From positions 27,931-91,930 of the forward strand of contig DASSGF010000015.1 of the NCBI GenBank assembly GCA_035693565.1: a stretch of 64,000 nt of DNA. The letters run 5' to 3'. The stretch is from Rhizomicrobium sp. (GTDB lineage: Bacteria > Pseudomonadota > Alphaproteobacteria > Micropepsales > Micropepsaceae). How positions within the stretch are numbered: position 1 is the first letter of the stretch; every line of letters begins with the position of its first letter. Shown here in pieces: positions 15,915 to 24,393 of the stretch. The notes below the pieces were generated by a model. It saw nothing but the letters and a program-made list of their open reading frames with translations. It had not been told where the DNA came from and did no database searches. Position numbers and translations under genes: made by a program.

Positions 15915-17456
15915 GTGAGCGGGGTGGGGAGGCGTTTGCGGTTGCCGGCGGCCGTGTTGCTGCTGGCGACGGGGCTGCTTGTCGCCGATGCGCAGCCGGC
16001 GGGTCCGGCCGGCCAGAGCGGCGCGAGCGCCGAGAACAGCATCGATAATCTCAAAGCGGCGCGCGACGATTTGACGGCCAGGATGCGCGAGCTGGATGCG
16101 CGCCTCAAAAAACTCGAAGACGCTGCAAGCCAGCAGCCTGCCGCCGCTGCTCAAACCCCGCCACAAGCGCACGCACCCCAGGCCGTGAACCTGGGAACGA
16201 GTATCGACCCCTCCAATTCCCCCTACGATCCACGCCAGCACGGGGCCGCGCCGCCCGATAGCTGGGGCACCTACGAGCCCGGCCGCGGTTTTGTCCTGGG
16301 GCGCGGCAAGCTCGCCGAAGTCTCGATCAGCCTGATCGCCTATGCCCGCTATCTCAATCAGACCGGCCTGGACCAGACCTATACCGACAGCTTCGGCCGC
16401 AATTTCACGCCGCACCGGCGCCAGGACATTCAGTGGAACAAGGTGAATCTCTCGGTGAAGGGCTGGATCTTCACGCCAGACTTCACCTATCGCGTCTGGA
16501 TCTGGACCCAGCAGCCCGCCATGGGTGAATCGGCGCAGGTGGTGGTGGGCGGTCACTTGGGCTACAGCTTCGCCGACTGGCTGAATGTCTATGCCGGCAT
16601 CGCGCCATTACCCTCCACCCGCAGCACCAACTGGAGCTATCCCTTCTGGCTCAAGATGGACAATCGCACTTTTGCGGATGAATTCTTCCGTGCGTCCTAC
16701 TCGCAAGGCATTTGGGCCGATGGCGAGATAGCCAAGGGCCTGAACTACCGGGTGATGCTGGCCAACAATCTTTCGGCATTGGGCATTTCCGCCAACCAGC
16801 TCAATGCCGATCTCAGCACCGTTTCGGGCTTTGTCTGGTGGATGCCGACCACTGGCGAGTTCGGGCCGGCGACCGGCTTCGGCGATTTTGAGGGCCATAC
16901 AAAAACGGCCACCCTGATCGGCCTGCATTACACCCGTAGCCGCGAGGATGCGCAGGAACAGCCGGGCACCGACGCGATCGAGAATAGCCAGATACGCCTG
17001 TCGGACGGCACCTTGCTATTCTCGCCCAACGCCTTCAACACCGGCGGCCAGGTCACGGACGCGACCTACCAGATGCTCGACCTTGATGCCGGCGTCAAAT
17101 ATCGCGGCTTCTCGCTGGAGGGCGAATTCTACTGGCGCTGGGTGAACGACTTCCGCACCATCGGCGTGGTGCCCGTGAGCAGTCTCTACGACACCGGCTT
17201 CCAGCTCCAAGGGTCGGCCATGATCATACCGAAGCAATTGCAGGTCTATGTCTCGGGCTCGCAGATCTATGGCCAGTATGGCAATCCCTGGGACATCAGT
17301 ACGGGCCTCAACTGGTACCCGTTCGAGCGGCGCGAGATGCACATCAACATGCAGGGCATCTACGGCCATCGTTCGCCGGTGGGCGGCCAGTCCTATCCCT
17401 ATGTCGTGGGAGGTAATGGCTGGATTTTCAACACCGACGTTATTCTTACCTTCTGA
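15915..17456 (+). CDS. putative outer-membrane beta-barrel porin (OprO/P-like)
   Basis: Signal peptide, an N-terminal coiled-coil segment (LKAARDDLTARMRELDARLKKLE), alternating aromatic/polar beta-strand pattern, and a C-terminal ...VILTF. Confidence 0.65.
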   Translation: MSGVGRRLRLPAAVLLLATGLLVADAQPAGPAGQSGASAENSIDNLKAARDDLTARMRELDARLKKLEDAASQQPAAAAQTPPQAHAPQAVNLGTSIDPSNSPYDPRQHGAAPPDSWGTYEPGRGFVLGRGKLAEVSISLIAYARYLNQTGLDQTYTDSFGRNFTPHRRQDIQWNKVNLSVKGWIFTPDFTYRVWIWTQQPAMGESAQVVVGGHLGYSFADWLNVYAGIAPLPSTRSTNWSYPFWLKMDNRTFADEFFRASYSQGIWADGEIAKGLNYRVMLANNLSALGISANQLNADLSTVSGFVWWMPTTGEFGPATGFGDFEGHTKTATLIGLHYTRSREDAQEQPGTDAIENSQIRLSDGTLLFSPNAFNTGGQVTDATYQMLDLDAGVKYRGFSLEGEFYWRWVNDFRTIGVVPVSSLYDTGFQLQGSAMIIPKQLQVYVSGSQIYGQYGNPWDISTGLNWYPFERREMHINMQGIYGHRSPVGGQSYPYVVGGNGWIFNTDVILTF

Positions 17457-17653
17457 GCGGCTGACACCAGCAAACAGGGCGCTTGGCTGCCTTGCAGTTT
17501 GCCGTTTGGCCGCCTACGCCCCTTCGCGATGTCCGGGCGGAGGGCTGCTAAGCTACGGGCGCTACGCGCCTCGCACGCCGCGCGCGCGGCTTGCGGCGGC
17601 CACTACGCTGTCGCTAGGCCGCCTTGGCCGTTGCAAGCGCGGCCTAGGCGAGG

Positions 17654-17738
17654 CCGCTTGGCTCCACCAATTCCCGCGTGCTTGTGCTGATGAAATTTGA
17701 GATCCGCCGGTTGGGCGGGAATTGGTGGAGCCAAGCGG
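17654..17738. repeat. 24-bp perfect inverted repeat: an inverted copy of the tRNA-Ala 3' end
   Basis: CCGCTTGGCTCCACCAATTCCCGC (17654-17677) is the exact reverse complement of 17715-17738. The latter covers the last 16 nt of the tRNA plus 8 nt of trailer. The spacer is 37 nt. Confidence 0.8.
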
Positions 17739-17798
17739 GATCGAACCGCTGACCTCCTGCATGCCATGCAGGCGCTCTCCCAGCTGAGCTATGGCCCC
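17723..17798 (-). tRNA. tRNA-Ala (anticodon GGC)
   Basis: The reverse complement is GGGGCCATAGCTCAGCTGGGAGAGCGCCTGCATGGCATGCAGGAGGTCAGCGGTTCGATCCCGCTTGGCTCCACCA. It folds as a cloverleaf with the G3:U70 alanine identity pair, anticodon loop AUGGCAU and an encoded CCA. Confidence 0.95.
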
Positions 17799-17868
17799 GT
17801 ACCAATGAAGACCGGCCTGGTTGTCCGGTCTCCGCGCCTTGCCCTAGCAAGGCGACTTTAAGAAACTG

Positions 17869-18375
17869 CTAGCCTTCGTCCTTGGCGATGCCGGGATCGA
17901 TGATGCCAGAGACATCGTCTTCCTCGTCTTCCACTTCGCCCAGAAGATCGTCGTCTTCTTCGTCCTCGTCGTCCTCGACCTCGATATCCTCGATGTCTTC
18001 GGCTTCGTCGGCGTCCACCACCGACATGCCCGATTCCGCCTCGGCTTCCTCTTCCTCGACTTCCTCTTCCTCGTCCTCGCCCGTGGCCGCCACGTTCAGG
18101 GGCGCCTCCTGGACGGCCGCGACTTCCTCTTCTTCCTCGGCTTCGGACTCGGTGTCCTCTTCCTCGTCGTCTTCCTCCTCATCCTCGGTCTCGGCGGCGG
18201 CGACGACGCTCGCCTCGGCGGTCTCCGCGGCGCGGCTGCGGCGCTGCTTGAACAGCGCCTCCGGCTCGTAGCTGAAACCGCATTTGGGGCATTCGATCGG
18301 CCGCTTGGCGAGGTCGTAAAACCGCGCATTGCAGCTGGGGCACGCCCGTTTGGTTCCAAGATCTGCCTTGACCAA
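17869..18375 (-). CDS. TIGR02300-family zinc-ribbon protein with acidic tail
   Basis: N-terminal CPSC..FYDL..CPKC zinc ribbon followed by a long Glu/Asp-rich tail. It sits next to aroA, as is typical in alphaproteobacteria. Confidence 0.85.
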   Translation of the reverse strand: MVKADLGTKRACPSCNARFYDLAKRPIECPKCGFSYEPEALFKQRRSRAAETAEASVVAAAETEDEEEDDEEEDTESEAEEEEEVAAVQEAPLNVAATGEDEEEEVEEEEAEAESGMSVVDADEAEDIEDIEVEDDEDEEDDDLLGEVEDEEDDVSGIIDPGIAKDEG

Positions 18376-18448
18376 GATGATCTTCCCGTGAAGAAGGGGT
18401 TATTGGAGGGGCGCGTTTGCCACGGGTAGCCCCGCCTGTAAAGGTCTT

Positions 18449-19798
18449 TTGAAGCCCCTGATGGATAACGCCAATCCGCTCCCCTTGGCCGCCCGCCGGG
18501 CCGGCCCCCTCAAAGGCATAGCCCAGGTGCCGGGGGACAAATCCATTTCCCAGCGGGCCTTGATCCTGGGGGCATTGGCGGAAGGGGAAACCCGTATTTC
18601 CGGGCTTTTGGAGTCCGGCGATGTCCATTCCACCGCAGGGGCTTTACGGGGTTTCGGGGCGGAACTGACGGCCGAGGGGCCCGGCCGCTGGCGGGTCCAA
18701 GGCACGGGGGTGGGAAATTGGCAAAGTCCCAAATCGGAACTGGATTTCGGCAATTCGGGCACCGGCTCGCGCCTGGTGATGGGGGCGATGGCCACCACCC
18801 CGGTCACGGCGGTGTTTACGGGCGATGCATCCTTGCGCTCGCGGCCGATGGCGCGGGTGGTCGATCCGCTCAAGGCCTTCGGCGTCACTTACCAAGGGCA
18901 GGGGCCCAAGGCGCTGATGCCGCTCACCCTGCATGGCGCGCGCGATGCGCCGGCGATCACCGAAACGGTGACGGTTGCTTCCGCCCAGGTGAAATCAGCC
19001 CTGCTGCTCGCGGCGCTCAATGCACACGGCACCAGCCGCATCACCCAGACTACCCTGACCCGCGACCATACCGAGAAGATGCTGGCGGCGTTCGGCGCGC
19101 GCATTACGGTCACGCCGGGCGCGGATGGCGGCGAAACGATCGCGCTGGAGGGCCCCGCCAGACTCACCGGCTGTGTGGTGGAAGTGCCGCGCGATCCGTC
19201 CAGCGCCGCCTTTCCCCTGGTCTCGGCGCTGATCGTGCCGGGGTCGGAAATCGAATTGCCTGCGATCCTGCTCAATCCCCGGCGCACCGGCCTGATCCAG
19301 ACCTTGCTGGAAATGGGCGCCGATATCGAGATCAGGAACAAACGGGTCAGCGGCGGCGAGGAAATCGGCGACCTGGTGGTGCGGCATTCGCGATTGAAGG
19401 GTGTCGAAGTGCCGGCGGAGCGCGCCCCCTCCATGATCGACGAATATCCCATTCTTTCCGTCGCGGCGTCTTTTGCCGAAGGCACCACCGCGATGCGGGG
19501 TTTGGAGGAATTGCGGGTCAAGGAAAGTGACCGGCTGGAAGCAGTGGCGCGGGGGCTGAAAGCCAATGGCGTCCGCTATCAGATCCAGGGCGACGACCTG
19601 ATGGTGGAAGGCGGCATGGTGCCGGGCGGCGGCAGCGTGACCACCCATATGGACCACCGCATCGCCATGAGCTTCCTCACCATGGGATTGGCCAGCGAAA
19701 AGCCGGTGACGGTGGATGACGTCGCCATGATCGCGACGTCATTCCCGGAATACCAGGATTTGATGCGCGGGCTCGGCGCGGTTCTTGAAAACCTGTGA
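18449..19798 (+). CDS. aroA: 3-phosphoshikimate 1-carboxyvinyltransferase (class II EPSP synthase)
   Basis: 449 aa. The N-terminal [31 protein letters not shown] matches the class II (Agrobacterium CP4-like) pattern. Confidence 0.95.
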   Translation: MKPLMDNANPLPLAARRAGPLKGIAQVPGDKSISQRALILGALAEGETRISGLLESGDVHSTAGALRGFGAELTAEGPGRWRVQGTGVGNWQSPKSELDFGNSGTGSRLVMGAMATTPVTAVFTGDASLRSRPMARVVDPLKAFGVTYQGQGPKALMPLTLHGARDAPAITETVTVASAQVKSALLLAALNAHGTSRITQTTLTRDHTEKMLAAFGARITVTPGADGGETIALEGPARLTGCVVEVPRDPSSAAFPLVSALIVPGSEIELPAILLNPRRTGLIQTLLEMGADIEIRNKRVSGGEEIGDLVVRHSRLKGVEVPAERAPSMIDEYPILSVAASFAEGTTAMRGLEELRVKESDRLEAVARGLKANGVRYQIQGDDLMVEGGMVPGGGSVTTHMDHRIAMSFLTMGLASEKPVTVDDVAMIATSFPEYQDLMRGLGAVLENL

Positions 19799-20118
19799 TG
19801 GCGATCGACAACCAAATGTCCAATGCGTGGGCGCAAGCCGCTGCCGATCTCGGAATACGGGTGATTGCTCCATTCAGTTTGATTGCAGGCGATGAGGAAT
19901 TGAATTTTGAAGCATTTGTTCCAGACTTCGGTAGCGCAGAGGGCGCGGTAGTTATGTCCGAAATCAGCGAACGAAAGCTGGATCGCTGGTTCTCGATTTT
20001 GTATCCGTCTTATCGGCAGTATGATCGAGCGCATTTCATAGAAACGCTCGACGACTGGGGGTGGTTCGGGGCAGGCAAACCTCCGGATTGGTTTACGGGC
20101 GGGAGCTATACATCGTGA
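19798..20118 (+). CDS. hypothetical protein (lower-GC insert between aroA and cmk)
   Basis: 106 codons. Its ATG shares the A of the aroA TGA, and its own TGA overlaps the cmk GTG (GTGA). Hand counts give about 53% GC and about 56% GC3, against about 62% GC in flanking blocks. I recognise no family. Confidence 0.55.
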   Translation: MAIDNQMSNAWAQAAADLGIRVIAPFSLIAGDEELNFEAFVPDFGSAEGAVVMSEISERKLDRWFSILYPSYRQYDRAHFIETLDDWGWFGAGKPPDWFTGGSYTS

Positions 20119-20783
20119 GCATTGTCATCGCAGTCGACGGCACCGCGGCCAGCGGCAAGGGCACTTTGGCCAAGAAACTGGCCCAGCATTTCGGCTTCGC
20201 CCATCTGGATTCCGGCGCGCTCTATCGCTTGACTGCCCTGGCAGTGCTGGACGCCAAAGGCGATCCCCAGAACGTGGCCGATGCCCTCAAAGGCGCCCAG
20301 AGCATCGATTTCAACCGGGCCGGCGATCCTGCCATCCGCACCGATATCGTGGGCAAGGCCGCCTCCCACGTCGCGGCCATCCCGGCGGTGCGAGAGGCGC
20401 TGCTGGACTTCCAGCAGAACTTCCTGGCCCATCCCCCCGGCAGCGGTCCGGGCGCGGTGATGGATGGTCGCGACATCGGCACCGTGATCTGCCCCACCGC
20501 CACCGCCAAATTGTATGTGGACGCCCGGCTGGAGGTGCGCGCCCGCCGCCGTTGGGCGGAACTCAAGGCCATGGGCATCCGCCGGGCCGAACAGGATGTG
20601 GTGGCGGAATTGGCGGCCCGGGACGCGGCCGACAAAAGCCGGCCAATTTCCCCGTTAAAACAAGCCCCTGACGCCGACTTGCTGGATACCTCCGATTTGG
20701 GTATAGACGCCGCGTTCGCGGCAGCTCTTGCCTTGGTTTCTCCCAAGATCGAGGGCGCGCTCAAGGACCGCCAGAGGGGCTAG
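20115..20783 (+). CDS. cmk: cytidylate kinase
   Basis: A GTG start gives VSIVIAVDGTAASGKGT (P-loop). It lies between aroA and rpsA, as is conserved. Confidence 0.9.
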   Translation: MSIVIAVDGTAASGKGTLAKKLAQHFGFAHLDSGALYRLTALAVLDAKGDPQNVADALKGAQSIDFNRAGDPAIRTDIVGKAASHVAAIPAVREALLDFQQNFLAHPPGSGPGAVMDGRDIGTVICPTATAKLYVDARLEVRARRRWAELKAMGIRRAEQDVVAELAARDAADKSRPISPLKQAPDADLLDTSDLGIDAAFAAALALVSPKIEGALKDRQRG

Positions 20784-20932
20784 AGGAGGCCCGGCGTTTC
20801 TTCCGGGCAGCCCGCTTACTTTCCAAAATCAACCCGCCCGCGGGCCCCTTTCGCTTGGAAGGGGTCTTAAGGAAGTCCACCGGCCCGTCTCATCGAGAGG
20901 GCGGTCGGCATGAACGATATGCAGGAATTTGA

Positions 20933-22687
20933 ATGGCTCGCGCCGCTACCAAGGAACGTCACGCCGAAAGCTCCATCGCCACGCCCAGCCGCGAAGATTT
21001 CGCCGCCATGCTGGAGCAGAGCTTCCAGACCCAGAGCCCGCAGGAAGGCTCCGTCATCAAGGGCACCATCATCGCCGTCGAAAATGATTTCGCCATGGTG
21101 GATGTCGGCCTCAAGACCGAAGGCCGCATCTCCCTGAAGGAATTCGCCATGCCGGGCGTGCCCGCCGACATCAAGGTGGGCGATACGGTGGAAGTTTACC
21201 TGGAGCGCGTCGAGAACGCGCTGGGTGAAGCCGTACTGTCGCGCGACAAGGCGCGGCGCGAGGAAAGTTGGGTCAAGCTGGAAAAGGCTTTCAACGAGCA
21301 GACCCGCGTCACCGGCGTGATCTTCGGCCGCGTCAAGGGCGGCTTTACCGTCGATCTCGATGGCGCCGTGGCCTTCCTGCCCGGCAGCCAGGTCGATGTG
21401 CGTCCGATGCGCGATGTCGGCCCGCTGATGAACCAGGCGCAGCTGTTCCAGATCCTCAAGATGGACCGCCGCCGCGGCAATATCGTGGTGTCGCGCCGCG
21501 CCGTTCTGGAAGAGCGCCGCGCCGAGGAACGCACCTCGCTGGTCGCCAGCTTGCAGGAAAAGCAGATCGTCGAAGGCGTGGTCAAGAACATCACCGATTA
21601 CGGCGCCTTTGTGGATCTGGGCGGGGTGGACGGGCTGTTGCACGTCACCGACATCGCCTGGCGCCGCGTCTCCCATCCCACCGAAGTCTTGCAGGTGGGC
21701 CAGACCGTCACGGTGCAGATCATCAAGATCAACCATGAGACCCAGCGCATCAGCCTGGGCATGAAGCAGCTCCAGACCGATCCGTGGGAAGGCGTCGCCG
21801 CCAAATATCCGGTGGGCGTGCAGTTCAAGGGCAAGGTCACCAACGTCACCGACTATGGCGCCTTTGTCGAACTGGAGCCGGGCGTGGAAGGCCTGGTCCA
21901 TGTCAGCGAAATGTCCTGGGTCAAGAAGAACACCGCCCCCTCCAAGCTGGTCACTCCAGGTTCGGAAGTGGACGTGGCCGTCCTGGAAGTGGATTCCAAC
22001 AAGCGCCGCATCAGCCTGGGCCTCAAGCAGACCCAGGAAAATCCCTGGAACGCCTTCACCGCCAATCATCCGGCGGGCAGCGTGATCGAGGGCGAGATCA
22101 AGTCCATCACCGAGTTCGGCCTGTTCATCGGGCTGGACAACGACATCGACGGCATGGTGCACCTGTCCGACTTGTCCTGGAACACGCCGGGCGAGGAAGC
22201 CATCAAGACCTATGAAAAGGGTCAGATGGTCAAGGCCAAGGTGCTGGATATCGATGTCGAGAAGGAGCGCGTTTCGCTGGGCATCAAGCAGCTGGAAAGC
22301 GATCCGATCGAAAAGGCGGGCGCCGGCGGCGGCGCGCTGAAGAAGAACCAGGTGGTCACCGGCACGGTCACGGAAGTGAACGATGGCGGCATCGAGGTGG
22401 AGCTGGACGGCGGCGTCCGCTCCTTCATCCGCCGCGCCGACCTGGCGCGGGACCGCAACGACCAGCGGCCCGAACGCTTCGGCAAGGGCGACAAGGTGGA
22501 CGCGCTGGTCACCAGCGTGGACAAGGCCAGCCGCAAGGTCTCCCTCTCCATCAAGGCCCGCGAAATCTCGGAAGAGAAGGAAGCCGTCGAGCAGTATGGC
22601 TCCTCCGACTCGGGCGCCAGCCTGGGCGATATTCTGGGCGCGGCCTTGAAAAAGAAGGCCCCGGCCAAGAAGAAGAGCGACGAGTAG
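20933..22687 (+). CDS. rpsA: 30S ribosomal protein S1
   Basis: 584 aa with six S1 repeats (recurring GVVKNITDYGAFVDLGGVDGLLHV-type blocks). Confidence 0.95.
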   Translation: MARAATKERHAESSIATPSREDFAAMLEQSFQTQSPQEGSVIKGTIIAVENDFAMVDVGLKTEGRISLKEFAMPGVPADIKVGDTVEVYLERVENALGEAVLSRDKARREESWVKLEKAFNEQTRVTGVIFGRVKGGFTVDLDGAVAFLPGSQVDVRPMRDVGPLMNQAQLFQILKMDRRRGNIVVSRRAVLEERRAEERTSLVASLQEKQIVEGVVKNITDYGAFVDLGGVDGLLHVTDIAWRRVSHPTEVLQVGQTVTVQIIKINHETQRISLGMKQLQTDPWEGVAAKYPVGVQFKGKVTNVTDYGAFVELEPGVEGLVHVSEMSWVKKNTAPSKLVTPGSEVDVAVLEVDSNKRRISLGLKQTQENPWNAFTANHPAGSVIEGEIKSITEFGLFIGLDNDIDGMVHLSDLSWNTPGEEAIKTYEKGQMVKAKVLDIDVEKERVSLGIKQLESDPIEKAGAGGGALKKNQVVTGTVTEVNDGGIEVELDGGVRSFIRRADLARDRNDQRPERFGKGDKVDALVTSVDKASRKVSLSIKAREISEEKEAVEQYGSSDSGASLGDILGAALKKKAPAKKKSDE

Positions 22688-22705
22688 TCTTTACTCGATA
22701 TTGTG

Positions 22706-22738
22706 AAAAAGGCGCGCTGTAAGGCGCGCCTTTTTTGT
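22706..22738 (+). terminator. intrinsic terminator of rpsA
   Basis: AAAAA-GGCGCGC-TGTAAG-GCGCGCC-TTTTTTGTTT, starting 19 nt after the rpsA stop. Confidence 0.8.
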
Positions 22739-22914
22739 TTGTGGCGGGCCGAGACCCACCTCCCCTTTTCGCGAAGCGCATGAAGGGGAGGTGCCCGTAG
22801 CATCGCTTGTGATGCGTAGGGCGGAGGGGTCACCAAAAAAAGTCCTGCGCCCTTTTTGTTTGTCCCGCTTGCCGTTAAGGTTCCCCAAAACCAACGATCA
22901 AAAAGGGGAAACGC

Positions 22915-23403
22915 ATGACAGTCCGCCGATTGCTCGCCATTGCTTCGCTTGCAGCTCTGCCGCTAGCAGCCTCCGCCCAAACCGCCGCGCCTCCCGCGCC
23001 GCATACCATCCCCACCGACGCCTTTGTCTATCAACCGGCGGCGGAAGTGGAAGCGCTGACCCATCGCACCGACGGCAAGCCGCAGTCCAAGATCGTGATC
23101 GATCACGAAAACTATTTCATCGAATATGTCACGCGGGTCATCAACACCAATGCCGAGGCGCATAACCATTGGTACGACTATATCCATGTGCTGGACGGCG
23201 AGGGCTCCATCACCTATGGCGGCACCCAGGAAGGCGGCACCGATGCCGGCGGCGGCGAGATCCGCGGCGGCAAATTGGTGGGCGGCAAATTGCAGCTGCT
23301 GCATCCCGGCGACCGGCTGGTGATCCCGCCGGGCATGCCGCACATTTTCACCGCCACGCCCGGCCACACTTTCACCTATCTGATTTTCAAGCAAAAAACC
23401 TAA
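22915..23403 (+). CDS. exported cupin-domain protein, paralogue 1 of 3
   Basis: Signal peptide (ASLAALPLAASA). Shared blocks are DHENY.(I/V)E(Y/F), HAH/HNHW.D.I.(V/I)L.GEG and PGD...IP.G.PH (cupin motif 2-like). Confidence 0.75.
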   Translation: MTVRRLLAIASLAALPLAASAQTAAPPAPHTIPTDAFVYQPAAEVEALTHRTDGKPQSKIVIDHENYFIEYVTRVINTNAEAHNHWYDYIHVLDGEGSITYGGTQEGGTDAGGGEIRGGKLVGGKLQLLHPGDRLVIPPGMPHIFTATPGHTFTYLIFKQKT

Positions 23404-23413
23404 AGGACGGATC

Positions 23414-23881
23414 ATGCGATTTTTGATTGCCGCGGCGCTGCTGGCGGCCACGCCCGCTTTCGCCCAAACCCCGCTGCGCGCCACCCCGCCGGACAGTTTC
23501 AAGTACCTGTCCGCCCAGGAGCTGGACCAGGCCTTGATGACGCCGGAACGGGGCCGGGTCTATTCCGGCCATGTCATCAACGACCATGAGAATTACTGGG
23601 TCGAGTTCATGAAACGGTTCGACCATGGCAATGTCATCGAATATCACGCCCATTGGATCGACTACATCACCGTGCTGTCGGGTGAGGGCTCGGTCACCTA
23701 TGGCGGCACGGTGACGGGAGCCACGGGCACCGACGAACAGCGCGGCGGCACCATGGCCGGAGGGACGGTCCAGGTCATCAAGCCGGGCGACTACATCCAG
23801 ATTCCGGCGGGCGTGCCGCATCTGATCAATGCGGCGCCGGGCCAGACATTGAAATTCGTGCTGTTCAAGCACCGTACCTGA
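23414..23881 (+). CDS. exported cupin-domain protein, paralogue 2 of 3
   Basis: Alignable over its full length with the neighbouring two ORFs. Signal peptide MRFLIAAALLAATPAFA. The gene spacers are 10 and 13 nt. Confidence 0.75.
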   Translation: MRFLIAAALLAATPAFAQTPLRATPPDSFKYLSAQELDQALMTPERGRVYSGHVINDHENYWVEFMKRFDHGNVIEYHAHWIDYITVLSGEGSVTYGGTVTGATGTDEQRGGTMAGGTVQVIKPGDYIQIPAGVPHLINAAPGQTLKFVLFKHRT

Positions 23882-23894
23882 AGGAGACAACATC

Positions 23895-24377
23895 ATGCGC
23901 ACCAGATATTTCCTGGCGGCCGGGCTGCTGCTCGCGGCCGCGCCTGCCCTGGCCCAGACCGCGCTGCGCGCCACGCCGCCGGACGGATTCAAGTTCATGA
24001 GTCATGACACGATCGACAAAGCGGTTTCCATCCCGGAGCCGGGGCGTCTCTATGGCGCCACCTTCATGAACGACCATGAGAATTATTATGTGGAGTTCGT
24101 GAAGCGGATCGACAAAGGCAATATGGTGGAAACCCATGCCCATTGGGTGGATCACATCACCATCCTGTCGGGCGAAGGCGTTTTGACCCATGGCGGCACG
24201 CTGACCAACGCCAAGGAAAGCGCGCCCGGCGAAGTGCGCGGCGGGACCTTGACCGGCGCCGAAACCCAGCCGCTGCATCCCGGCGACTATTTCCAGATTC
24301 CGCCGGGCATGCCGCACATGCTGGAGGCGGCGCCGGGAAAATCGCTGAGCTATGTGGTGTTCAAGGCGCGGAGTTGA
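23895..24377 (+). CDS. exported cupin-domain protein, paralogue 3 of 3
   Basis: Signal peptide (AAGLLLAAAPALA) and the same conserved blocks as paralogues 1 and 2. Confidence 0.75.
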   Translation: MRTRYFLAAGLLLAAAPALAQTALRATPPDGFKFMSHDTIDKAVSIPEPGRLYGATFMNDHENYYVEFVKRIDKGNMVETHAHWVDHITILSGEGVLTHGGTLTNAKESAPGEVRGGTLTGAETQPLHPGDYFQIPPGMPHMLEAAPGKSLSYVVFKARS

Positions 24378-24393
24378 TCTCTCAACCCTCTCG

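Noticed and set aside
17457-17868. tRNA-associated genomic island or att site
   Set aside because: The repeat of the tRNA 3' end is inverted, not direct. No integrase, excisionase or mobility gene is present on either side, and the flanking genes are ordinary core genes.
17882-18271. Ser-rich 129-aa ORF on the plus strand
   Set aside because: It is the mirror image of the Glu/Asp-rich tail (GAA/GAG/GAC repeats) of the TIGR02300 protein on the minus strand, so it is a compositional artefact.
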